Source of the DNA: Tubulanus polymorphus
Lineage: Eukaryota > Animalia > Nemertea
Length of the DNA stretch: 64,000 nucleotides
Assembly: GCF_964204645.1 (NCBI RefSeq)
Contig: NC_134034.1
Location: 12,102,962 to 12,166,961, forward strand
Direction of reading: 5' to 3'
The position numbers and the translations under genes were made by a program. A model generated the notes under the pieces. The model worked only from the letters and a program-made list of their open reading frames with translations. It ran no database searches and was not told where the DNA came from. Of the stretch, positions 13,301 through 24,171 are shown one piece after another (the first letter of the stretch is position 1; each line of letters begins with the position of its first letter).

Positions 13301-16300
13301 TCTCAAAACTAACTCTATTAGATTTTTCATTTGACCCCATGACGGGACCACGACATTCGAGCTGTTGCCCGCACAGTGTAAGCAGTCAGCAGGCCCACTC
13401 AGCGTTGATCCCACGGCGCAACCGAGGACGATCTAGTTTTTTTCCAATCCCAGGCCCCAGTTCCCAGAGTTTTCAGACTCGCTTACCTTCCTGACAATGA
13501 GTTCCCACGTATCCGCTTGTACAGTCACATCGGTATCCAGAACTTTGACTCGAGTCTCTGATACATTCACCACTACCACAATCAACATTGTGACATTTAT
13601 TACCTAAGATTAGAGGTGAGACAAAGATATAAATGTAGAAAAATATTTCACGAAATCAAACACCCGAAATCTACCATGAGAAGACTTTTCATGAGTGAAT
13701 TTAAGGGAAGAATTTTTACGATAGCTTTTTTTAGCGTCGTAGCAACGCCGAAATACTGGCCCCGAGGGAAAAGCTATTGCAGCAGTTCTCAGCATTTGCT
13801 GGCCGGAAACCGCCCTCGAAAACAAGGCTTTAGTAGGAATGCTATGGTAAAGTTGAAAGTTAGGATTTTTAAAATGCCTACGTTGTCCACAGTGTCTTCC
13901 GATATAGCCATCATCACAGTCGCAACGATATCCGGATGGTTTCTTAGAGTCTCTCATACAGGTACCTTTGCGGCAGTTGATATTGTGACATTTATCAACT
14001 AGATAAAAAAAATGAAAAGAACAACTATAGACTATTGTTTGTTGAAAAGCAAAATTAAATCCGTTCGAAATTACGAAATAGAATGTAAACCCAGCAATGG
14101 TGTAACATATGAAAATCCCACTGAAAATTAAGTCGGAAACTTTCCCTTGAGCTGGTAGTTTATTCAACGTTTCTTTCGACGATACAGTCGAAACGTGGAA
14201 TAAACTACTAGCTCAAGGAATACGGTATTCCTGAAGATGACTATTAGGATATAGTCGAAACGTTGAATAAACTACACTAGCTCAAGGAATACGGTATTCC
14301 TGAAGATGACTATTAGGATATAGTCGAAACGTTGAATAAACTACACTAGCTCAAGGAATACAGTATTCCTGAAGATGACTATTAGGATATAGTCGAAACG
14401 TTGAATAAACTACACTAGCTCAAGGAATACAATATTCCTGAAGATGACTATTAGGATATAGTCGAAACGTTGAATAAACTACACTAGCTCAAGGAATACA
14501 GTATTCCTGAAGATGGCTATTAGGATAAAGTCGAAACGTTGAATAAACTACACTAGCTCAAGGAATACAATATTCCTGAAGATGACTATTAGGATATAGT
14601 CGAAACGTTGAATAAACTACTAGCTCAAGGAATACAATATTCCTGAAGATGACTATTAGGATAAAGTCGAAACGTTGAATAAACTACTAGCTCAAGGAAT
14701 ACAATATTCCTGAAGATGACTATTAGGATATAGTCGAAACGTTGAATAAACTACTAGCTCAAGGAATACAACATCAGGGAAGTAGTTACTATACCTGTCT
14801 CACAGTTGTAGCCAATGAATCCAGGCTGGCATTTGCACCGGTATTGACTGGTGCTACGCCGGGAACGCCCAGAACCAGGCGGCAACATCAAGTTCAGCGA
14901 GCCCGCTTGATTACTGCCCATATTCAGGGAGCCTACTCGACTATTGCTCAACTTCAGGGAGCCCATTCTACTGTGTGATGTTGCTTGACAAGTGCCATTA
15001 TTTTTACACTGGACTCCGTAACAGTGATCCACTGAAACAGAAAACAAATAAATCATAATCTAACACAAAAACATATCTGGAATAAAGCTATAGGTCTATG
15101 GAAACCAACTTTAAAACACCAATCTATAAGCCTATCTTAATTCTGTAACCACTGGCAGCTTAAGACCGGTTTTTTAAAGACTTCGCAACTTGGCCGGACT
15201 GTTGCTATAACCGGAACTGTACCTGTTTCACAGTTGTTTCCGATGAATCCGGGCTTGCAGCTGCAGCGGTACAGACTGGCGCTGCGGCGGCTCAGCTTTA
15301 ACCCGGGCGGTAGTAACCAGTCTGGTTTATTGTTATCACCCAGGTCCAGAGAACCTGATCTACTACCGCTGACGACTCCTGTCGTCGCGCTGCAAGTTCC
15401 ACCGTTCATGCATGGTGTTCCGTGACAGTGATCAACTACAGATAGAAAATAGGTATTCGAACATAAAAATAAATCAAGGATTCGAACCCAACTGAAAAAT
15501 GTGGGCAAGCTGAAATTGCGTAACATGAAAATGTGCACAACATGGTGGTTGACCAAACAGAATCATATAGAATTAACCACTTTTGGGATATGATAGTAAA
15601 AGACGTGGGTGGAAATTGAGCTACATTGAAAATAATGGAAAAATATCAGTCGGAATTTGATAGAAAAATCCGTTGTTGGAAATAGATAGAAAATGCACTT
15701 CATGAAAATGTACAACGTGGAAAATGACCAACATAAATTTGAAAGAATAATTCAGTGCTAGAAAATAGCAGAAAAAAGCAAAATGGAAAATGCACAACAT
15801 GTCAAATGATAGAATTCTATCATTTTCCGTGTTGTTAATTTTCTAATTCACTATCAACTAATTATTGTTGGCCATCGTTGGAATTAGCACAACATGATAT
15901 TGGTAGAATAGCCATCGTCGTTACTATCACTGACAGTGTGTGGGAAATCCGGGATTCGAACCCAATCTTAAGGAACATGATGCGATTATCGTACGGAAAT
16001 TTCGCGAAGAATTGCGAGAACCGACTTAATCTTATCGAATACGATCATTTGAGTGTCGTCTTATGAAAATTTCTCGCACTTACCCTGTCCGCAATCGAGT
16101 CCTTTAAAACCGGATTTACACTCGCAAGCGTAACCCTGCGCGTTCATATCGGCTAATTTACATACTCCGCCATTTAGACACGAGTTGCTCTTGCAAGGAT
16201 TTCTCTCTGAAATAGATTGTTCATCAGTTATGTTGAAGGTAAATCTGTCCTACGGATTATCATTATCACAATCGATGAATGGTGAACGCATAGAGTGAAG

Positions 16301-19300
16301 CCGTGCCAATCACTGTGCAAAGAAAACTAACTTACATAACGCATACATTATTATAACCGTTTTACGGCATCAAAAATGAATTAATTTTGCCGGTATTAAT
16401 GGTTTTTGATGTATTTCTTCTGGAGCCTAGAATTCATCTCTTTCAAAGATGATAAACTTATCTTAGAAAAGTCGTAAAGAATGACGACATGATGACCTAC
16501 TTTCGCATTTCGTTCCGACAAACCCGTCCTTGCAAACACAAGTGTATTTCGAAGCTTTGCCGTCGTCATCATCGCAAGTTCCATTATTTTTACAGACGAT
16601 TCCAGCGCAATGGTCGCCTGCAGATGAATAATGATTTGAAAGTGAATAGTTAATCAAGTTCTTCGATGTTGTTGTGTGTGTGTGTGTGTGGGGGGGGGGG
16701 GTAGGGTAGGGGGGGGGGGGGGGTAAAGGGTGTTGGGAGGTGAGAGGGGCGCTCACTTACTGTATTGGCAGAACGAACCCTTGTAACCGGGATCGCATTT
16801 ACACGTGAACGCTATCTCTGATGATGGCACGCATTTTCCGTGACCCCATTCACAAATCGTTTTTTTGCAGATATCTATACGAATAAGAGTGAAAAAGATT
16901 CTTAAAAAATGATTGCCTCGTATGATTTACAGAGGCCAGTTGCACAAAAATGGCGCTTTCATTGTAGTGATAATTAAAAGTTCATTTTTACCACGGTACA
17001 AATCCGAAATTACTCTTCATTCACTTCAACAATTTTATTAAGAACTTCATGAATAAACTAATGAATAGTTTATCGATTTATATTTCGGTGATTTATCAAA
17101 ACGATGCCGTGGCAAGCGAACATTTTCTGCGTGATAATGTTATATTGGGGTTCTTCATTGGACCTCTCGAAACCCGATTACTAAGACTGACAACCTATTT
17201 CAAAGTACAAGACCATTTTGATCATAATCCATCTTTATCCTGCTTCAAACGTGCATCCCACGTCACAGTCACGTGACCTTACATGATTTGTACGAACAAT
17301 CACAAACAAACTGTGTTACAATAAGCAGGCAGCAGGTGACGCGTCGGTTGAAGAATATTTACCTTTTTCACAATGCTCTCCGCTGAATCCCAGTTTACAA
17401 TGGCACTTGTATCCACCCTGGTTATCGAGTTTGCACGTTCCTCCCGCTCCACAATCCACATCGCTGCACGGGTGTCTCACTGCGATAAACAATAGTATTC
17501 AAAATTTCAGTTTCGACGATATTGAATTTGAGCTACCCGATTGAGGTACAGCACTTGAGCCGGTTAAATTAAGCAACGTTTTAATGGCATGATAATTGAG
17601 ATGCAGGGAAATATTTCAATCAACTTGTTGGTTCTTCGTCGGTGATTTTCAGAAGGCATTCAGCAGACGAGGTTCCACCCCTAACCAATCAAATGGACCC
17701 ACCTGACTGTGTTATCAAATAGGGGGATCTGGTAGATACGTAGTTGTTTGGTGGATGTCTTACCGTATTATCGAGTTCGTAGTCTGAATCAATTACCTTT
17801 TGGTATCTGGGTCTGACACAGCTTTCCCATGAAGCCTTCGGCACAGGCGCACGTGTACTCAGAGGCGCTGTTACCTTCCACGCACGTTCCTCCGTTTCTA
17901 CATTTCACTAATTTGCATACCGACGAGCTCACTGCATTAGAAACAAATAAATACCCGGATACATTTCTCGGCAAGGTTTAGAATTTGGAATATATTGAAC
18001 AAAAGTGTAAGATGAATTGGAAAATACAAAATTCGCTCATATGCAGAGACGCCACGACTTCAGTTATATGATGACTTATACAAACGAGTCGAATTACATT
18101 TAGTAAATTGAATTAGAATTACAAATTGGACTCGAAAATGGGACCAGCTACACACAGAAGTGGCTAGAGATTTAAGATCAGTCTTAGACCAACTTGTTCC
18201 TTTAGTCAATCTGACAACTTGGATGTAAGTCACGACTGAGACCTGCAGCCGGTTGGATAGTCACGGCTTAGACTATAGCAAATCTAACAACTTAAGACCA
18301 CTTTTGGATTTAAGACCACTTTTGGACTTAAGTCTCGACTATGGAACCGGCCCCTGGAGCCGGTTGCATAGTCACGCCTTAGACTTAAGACCAGTCTAAG
18401 ACCAATTTAGTTCCATAGCAAATCTAACAACTTAAGACCAGTCTTAAGATTTAAGACCACTTTTGGACTTAAGTCTCGACTATGGAACCGGCCCCTGGGT
18501 CCGGTTCCATAGACAGGGCTTAGACTTAAGACCAGTATAAGACATACTTAGTTCTATAGCCAATCTAACAACTTAAGACCAGTCTTAAGGTTTAAGACCA
18601 CTTTTGGTCTTAAGTCTTGACTACGGAACCGACCCCTGGAGCCGGTCGCACAGTCACGGCTTAGACTTAAGACCAGTCTAAGACCAATTTAGTTCTAAAG
18701 CAAATCTAACAACTTAAGACCAGTCTTAAGATTTAAGACCACTTTTGGACTTAAGTCACGACTGTGCAACTGGCCCCTGGGTTTTGATTGCATACCTGCT
18801 TCCTGACAATGAATTCCGGTGTATCCATGCGGACATGTGCACTGATACGACGTGGGATCGACCTTCGTACAAGTTCCGCCGTTGACGCAAGGTTTCGCTT
18901 CACACGGGTCGACTAGAAAAAAAAAAACACAGAAAAAGTTCTGTTTAAACTACGTTCTGTTTGCATCCGTTCTGTTACCGGTGGCCTCCACGGGCACTAA
19001 TTGAAGGACCCAGTCTTCGGGCAATCCATGATATCCAAAAACACGTGATATCTATACATTCTAAAATACTGACAATGAATTTATGGCCATTGAATCGAAA
19101 ATGTAGAACTTCTGAAGGGCAAAAGCCCGTGGTTTCAAAGCTAATATCAAACATTTAATATCTGATCTATGTATACAGCATCTTCACCCGTCAAAGGATT
19201 CGAACCCACTACGCTAAAGCTGTTCCCCGAACCCCTTGACCTCACGAGTCGTTGGAGTCGTTACTAGCCGACCAGAATCCGGTCGTACCAATCACAGCGC

Positions 19301-21710
19301 TTGTAACAAACCGTCAGTAGACTTCTGTTTGTTTTCCCGTTAAATTGACCAATCAGCGAACGTTTTACCGAACAAGGAAGTATTTCGCAAATCGATATAT
19401 GACGTCACGCGCAACAGCGCCAGTAATGAAATCACGCTTCGTGAGGCCAGGGGGCTGGTGGAAGCGAGTTCGGGAGTGATACCGGACCCCTGGCAAGCGA
19501 GGATGTGTATACAGTGTTCTTAAACAATCGATATCGTCCCTCACTTACCACAGTATCCCCAGTATCCGGGGGTATCGGTGAAACACCATTTGCGACCACC
19601 TTCGACGCAGGTGCCCATCACTTTACCGTTATGGATGTAAGGAAACATACATTCAGCACCTTCGTTTGCGTTGCCTCCCGTGGTCACTAGAATCAAAAAT
19701 TAAAAACATTACAAATTTACTTTTGAACCCAGTTCAACAAGGTTGCGCGGGTTTAATTTGAATCTGGATCCAGTTCTACAGTTGAGTAAGTTTCATTTGA
19801 CTCTGCATCCACCAGACCTATTGCGTGGGTTTCATTTGGTTCCGAATCCAATTTAATAGTCGCGTGGGTTTTAATTTGACTATGGACGGTTTTTATTTGA
19901 AGTAGGGGGCGTCGGCGTTGACCTACCTGTAGCCTCGTATTGACACTTCAAACCGCTGTATTTTATCGGACAGGTGCAGTGAAATCCAGTTTTAGTATCC
20001 GTACATTTACCGTTATTCTCGCACGGTAGCGATGCGCAGGTTCCTCGTACTTTATCCGCTACAAGAGTAGACGATACAAAATATTACTTTCCGTAAAATT
20101 CTTTTTCCATAATTATGACAAAATGTTCACTCAGACGTGGAGAATTAAATGAAACCTGCTACATACACATTTAGAGAAGATTAAAAATCAATTTTTTTTT
20201 TCATAAAAATAGCCTTAACTAAACTTATTCTCGCCTGTAATGATTATACCCCATTCCATTTCTTTTTACCTCAATTCATGATGAATAAATTTTGTTTTTT
20301 TAAAGCTTTAATCGAGAATTCATTCAGTTTTTTTCCTAGGGTTATTTGAATCAAAGTATCTATCATCGATACTTTGTGCTACTACCACAGTATTTAAGCA
20401 TCCTTAATATAGACAATAAATCAAAAACATATTTCGAAGAAATTTATAATCTACCGGTAAATGTTTCTATTGAATACGATTTTGTAGTGATGAGAATGGT
20501 GACGGTTATTTTCGTACTTACGGCAATATTGCCACTTCCTGTCTTCGTCGTAGTTGGATGTGACGGCGCACCAGAAGCTCTCGCCGTACGGTTCGCATTT
20601 CGAGTATATCTCGGACTGATATTGGAATGGGAACACGCAAAACTTCCCCAGATCTTTCACTGTCAAAATTGGTAATCAAGAGTTTTAATATCAGTAATAT
20701 GTTTACATATACTTTTGCCTCCGATTAGTAGCGCCACCTGGGAGCCGGAAGTGCTCCCCGTATGTTTTTGGAAGACATTAGATCCAATAAGACTTTCTTT
20801 GCGTCCGTCTTTTTTAACCTTTGTCGCGTGATCTGTTTAATGAGTAATGCAGTAATCTTTTCGAGGATTTCAAAGGAGAGGAAGGGGGCCTGCGACGATG
20901 ATACAAAATAGTCTGGCACAATATGTCGTTTGGAGGATTTTCTAGGGAAAATTAATTACAAAAAGTTCGTACGATTTTGAACGATTTCAGACACACGGCA
21001 GGTTTGTTATCGCTAGCTGCCCAGAAGAGAGAAAGCGTAGGAATCTTAGAAATAACTATAGAATTCAGGATGTTCACTTACTGCAGTAACCCCAAGTTTT
21101 ATCCTGGTCGTAATCTGTAGTGGTTGAGCACCAAAAGTTATTAGCATTCTTCCAAGTACAGTCGTTGTATTCGACGCCTTGGTAGGTGAACGGGAAAACA
21201 CATGACGCACCGTGCGCGTTACCGCCACGAGTTTCTGTAAGAAAAGAGTTTAGAGAAGTCATAATGAGTTCGCAGGATTAAAAAACCTCCAATGTCTGCG
21301 AATCTGATATCATACAGAAATATGAACATGAAATTCATTCGTATGTAGATTTAAAATCAAAAGTTGAAAAGACGCGAAAATTTAAATTCATTTGAAATCC
21401 GTAACAGATCATTTAAAGTTCAAAAGTAAAGAGATCTTCACCTAGAACAGGGAATATTACTCAATAAGGCGATATTCTAAAGTTAAAAATAAAAAAATTT
21501 AACGAAGAAAGGAACTCATTTCGACCCAAATGCAGTGAGTTCTCTGAGTATTTTCAACGTTTTAAATCTAACTGTTTTTTCTGACGAATTTATTTCGATG
21601 ATTTCTAATTTCGATTTTTCAGTTCTCGCTAAAAACTTACCTATTTGAACGGCAGAAACTAAACCTGCAAAACACGCCGCAAAAACTATCAACGACTTCA
21701 TCGGGTTCAT
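10393..21710 (-). CDS. Secreted fibronectin type II / EGF-repeat protein (gene A; SP-FN2-FN2-EGF-FN2-EGFx16; 927 aa)
   Basis: 22 GT-AG coding exons with all junctions in phase 1: 21710-21641 (signal peptide MNPMKSLIVFAACFAGLVSAVQI), 21234-21082 FN2, 20659-20522 FN2, 20058-19927 EGF, 19686-19549 FN2. EGF exons follow at 18912-18796, 17931-17797, 17479-17363, 16874-16761, 16617-16501, 16206-16084, 15435-15223, 15031-14795, 13998-13882, 13603-13487, 13030-12914, 12644-12525, 12002-11886, 11534-11415, 11059-10943 and 10860-10741. The last coding exon is 10427-10393 (YRGFGWGRKRR*). FN2 exons show C-x-FPF/Y...WC...W-x-YC and EGF exons show the 6-Cys pattern. The summed length of 2784 nt is in frame. 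No TM segment. Confidence 0.9.
11601..11722. repeat. Short intronic tandem repeat (atgacccacaatattgaag)
   Basis: 4-5 diverged copies. Confidence 0.7.
14146..14770 (+). ncRNA. Tandem array of 8 minimal type I hammerhead ribozymes (67-69 nt units) with a 5' inverted partial unit; Penelope-like/retrozyme-type
   Basis: Each unit reads TATTC-CTGAAGA-T-GACTAT-taggat-ATAGTC-GAAAC-GTT-GAATA: stem I TATTC/GAATA, core CUGANGA, stem II GACTAT/ATAGTC, GAAA, palindromic ACGU stem III, GUU triplet. Cores start at 14231, 14300, 14369, 14438, 14507, 14576, 14643 and 14710. The inverted copy is 14146-14180. Confidence 0.8.
16668..16723 (+). repeat. (TG)n plus poly-G / G-quadruplex-prone tract in a 143-nt intron of gene A
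   Basis: tgtgtg... followed by G11-ta-ggg-ta-G15. Confidence 0.7.
18170..18779. mobile_element. Tandem stack of ~140-bp MITEs, family 2 (TIR GGGCCGGTTGCATAGTCA; CWG target duplication)
   Basis: About 4 copies joined through ctg, with internal ttaagaccagtc repeats. Solo copies at 51170-51307 (cag...cag) and 60359-60496 (ctg...ctg). Remnants near 8460-8590 and 49680-49800. Confidence 0.8.
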
Positions 21711-21743
21711 GATCGTCCGAACTTCTCGAGCGCGCAATCACAA

Positions 21744-21853
21744 ACTGATCGCATTTCCTGCAGACACCTGGCGCTTATAAGGGAGATCGCAAGGGATCAT
21801 CTGCTAAACGACCGTGGCGCAACAGCGGACCCTTGTTTGATACCGCTGATTGG
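21744..21853 (-). promoter_or_regulatory. Core promoter of gene A: Inr TCAGT, TATA box, CCAAT box
   Basis: On the minus strand: CCAAT at 21853-21849, TATAAG at 21779-21774 and TCAGT at 21748-21744. The TATA box is 33 nt upstream of the Inr A, and the Inr A is 36 nt before the ATG. Confidence 0.65.
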
Positions 21854-22740
21854 TTAACGACGGACGTCGATCCGCCTATAATCACGAGGAATGAAGCCAG
21901 TGATTATGAAGGAAATACAGATGTGGCCCGGTGTTTGATTTTGAAGTGGGTCGTTCAATCTGTACACGGACTGATAGTTACAGTAGGAGTCTGACTATGC
22001 AGAACGAATGCGTGCCTGAGTAGAGTTAGACAACAGATTGACGGCCCCAAATACTTGAGAAATTGATTCGCCATCATTTGGGAGGCAAAATATTTCATAC
22101 GATCGGATATAGAATAAAATATTAAATATTTTTTGTTACTAGTTTTGATTGCCAAGCTTCAGGCGTCGAGATAGAAATCCCTTTCGCCTCCTGTGAGGGT
22201 AGTATCCCCATCCCCCGATGCATGCATAACTACCTTTTCAGAACTTGACTGAAGAAACCAATGAAAGATATTCGTGATATCTGCTCTTCTCTCCAAGTCA
22301 AGGCGGCCACTTTCCCCCGTTTAAAAATTCCTTGGGTTTCCTAGATTTTTTTTCTAGATTTCTCTGATACCCTGGGTTTCCTTCCAGATTTTACAAATCA
22401 GCGTCACCTTGCATGCGATGGTTTCAAATAAACCTGATCTTTATTCGATACGTCTCACATTTCATATTCGACGTACGGTTGACAGAAACACGCATTGATT
22501 TCGATATGTGACTCATCCTTAAACAGATGATCCATACTTAATCAAACATTGACGAAATCGAAACTCATTTTCGCAATCTGGCCTTCTCCTGTTGAATGCA
22601 GTGATCTGCTGCAAATACTTCAATTCCGATGCTTTTATTTGGAAAGTTCAAACAATCGCCTTTTATCGCCGTCTGCGAAAATTGATCGAGGTCACATAAA
22701 GCTCACATAAGCTACTTCGCCTAAAAAGAGTCATATACAC

Positions 22741-23497
22741 TGGTAAAATTCTACCCCGAGTTGGTGTCAAATACTGAGTAAGAGTTTGTGAAATACAGTA
22801 GACTCTGTGTCTTACTGCGGTAAAGTTGAGACTGATAAAATTCTACCCCGAGTTGGTGTCAAATACTTATATAAAAGAGTTTGTGAAATACAGTAGACCT
22901 TACTGCGGTAAAGTTGAGACTGGTAAAATTCTACCCCGAGTTGGTGTCAAATACTTATGGGTAAGAGTTTGTGAAATACAGTAGACTCTGTCTCTTACTG
23001 CGGTAAAGTTAAGACTGGTAAAATTCTACCCCGAGTTGGTGTCAAATACTGAGTAAGAGTTTGTGAAATACAGTAGACTCTGTCTCTTACAGCGGTAAAG
23101 TTAAGACTGGTAAAATTCTACCCCGAGTTTGTGTCAAATACTGAGTAAGAGTTTGTGAAATACAGTAGACTCTGTCTCTTACTGCGGTAAAGTTGAGACC
23201 GGTAAAATTCTACCCAGAGTTGGTGTCAAATACTGAGTAAGAGTTAGTGAAATACAGTAGACTCTGTCCCTTACTGTGGTTAAGTTGAGACCGGTAAAAT
23301 TCTACCCAGAGTTGGTGTCAAATACTGAGTAAGAGTTAGTGAAATACAGTAGACTCTGTCCCTTACTGTGGTTAAGTTGAGACTGGTAAATTCTACCCCG
23401 AGTTGGTGTCAAATACTGAGTAAGAGTTTGTGAAATACAATAAACTCCGTCTCTAACTGCGGCAAAGATGATGAAACTGGTAAATTTCACCCCAAGT
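22741..23497. repeat. ~92-bp tandem satellite (about 8 copies) between divergent genes A and B
   Basis: Unit tggtaaaattctaccccgagttggtgtcaaatactgagtaagagtttgtgaaatacagtagactctgtctcttactgcggtaaagttgagac. Confidence 0.95.
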
Positions 23498-24003
23498 TGG
23501 TTGATAAAGGTTGGCATTTTGACATTCTGTTTGCCCGAAGTCGACCATTAATTAAACCATCAAAAATTCTCGCACAAGAGCCGATAATTAGTAAACAGAT
23601 TCTTGCAATCTATTAACACGCATTTCCGATTAAATCATTGAAAAGCGCAAACAAAGCCAGAGTTTAATAGGGTAATATCCATTTCACGAATCGATCGCTC
23701 GAACAACCATCCACAAACACATATTAAACACACCACGACGCGTGGTCATCACGATATTTCACAAATAAACAAATCTTCGAGCGTATATATTTGTTGAATA
23801 CAATGTTTGCTTGACTTTCGTTGTCTGTTTATGCGTAAACAAAACTTAGACCAGGTGACAACCTTCACTCTGGACGTGGTAAAGGCACTAACATAAGTAT
23901 TCGGATATCTGTCTCTGGGCAGTTCTAAATCGAATTTAAAATACCACAGTAAAAATGAAAAATATAATCTGAATTGATTCTAGAGCTTAAATTGATTCTA
24001 GAT

Positions 24004-24053
24004 TCTTGAGCCTAGTAGTTTATTTCCGGCTTTTGTCCTAATAGTCATCTTCA
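24004..24053 (-). mobile_element. Solo degenerate copy of the hammerhead repeat unit
   Basis: The minus strand reads tgaagatgactattaggacaaaagccggaaataaactactaggctcaag. It matches the 14.2-14.8 kb unit, but the core C and GAAACGTT are lost. Confidence 0.7.
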
Positions 24054-24171
24054 AAAAACGGCAATTTTTGCTCCATTTTTCATTCTTATTGTGGTATTCT
24101 TATATCATTCTTACTAAACAGCGTTTCATCATTAGTTCTACATCTGTTGGACAGGGGGCGGCAGCAGTTTG

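Noticed and set aside
13232-13414. Intronic ORF with a death-domain-like LIELVLRKQGRNDI stretch
   Set aside because: GTG start, not in frame with the upstream exon, no convincing splice sites, and its duplicated copy contains stops.
14185-14770. CRISPR-like appearance of regular repeats (also 22741-23497)
   Set aside because: Units are fully repeated with no unique spacers, the context is eukaryotic, and there are no cas genes.
10393-21710. Calling gene A Notch, Delta/Serrate, Crumbs or fibropellin
   Set aside because: No DSL, LNR, laminin-G, CUB, avidin or TM domain, no Ca-binding EGF consensus, and FN2 modules are present.
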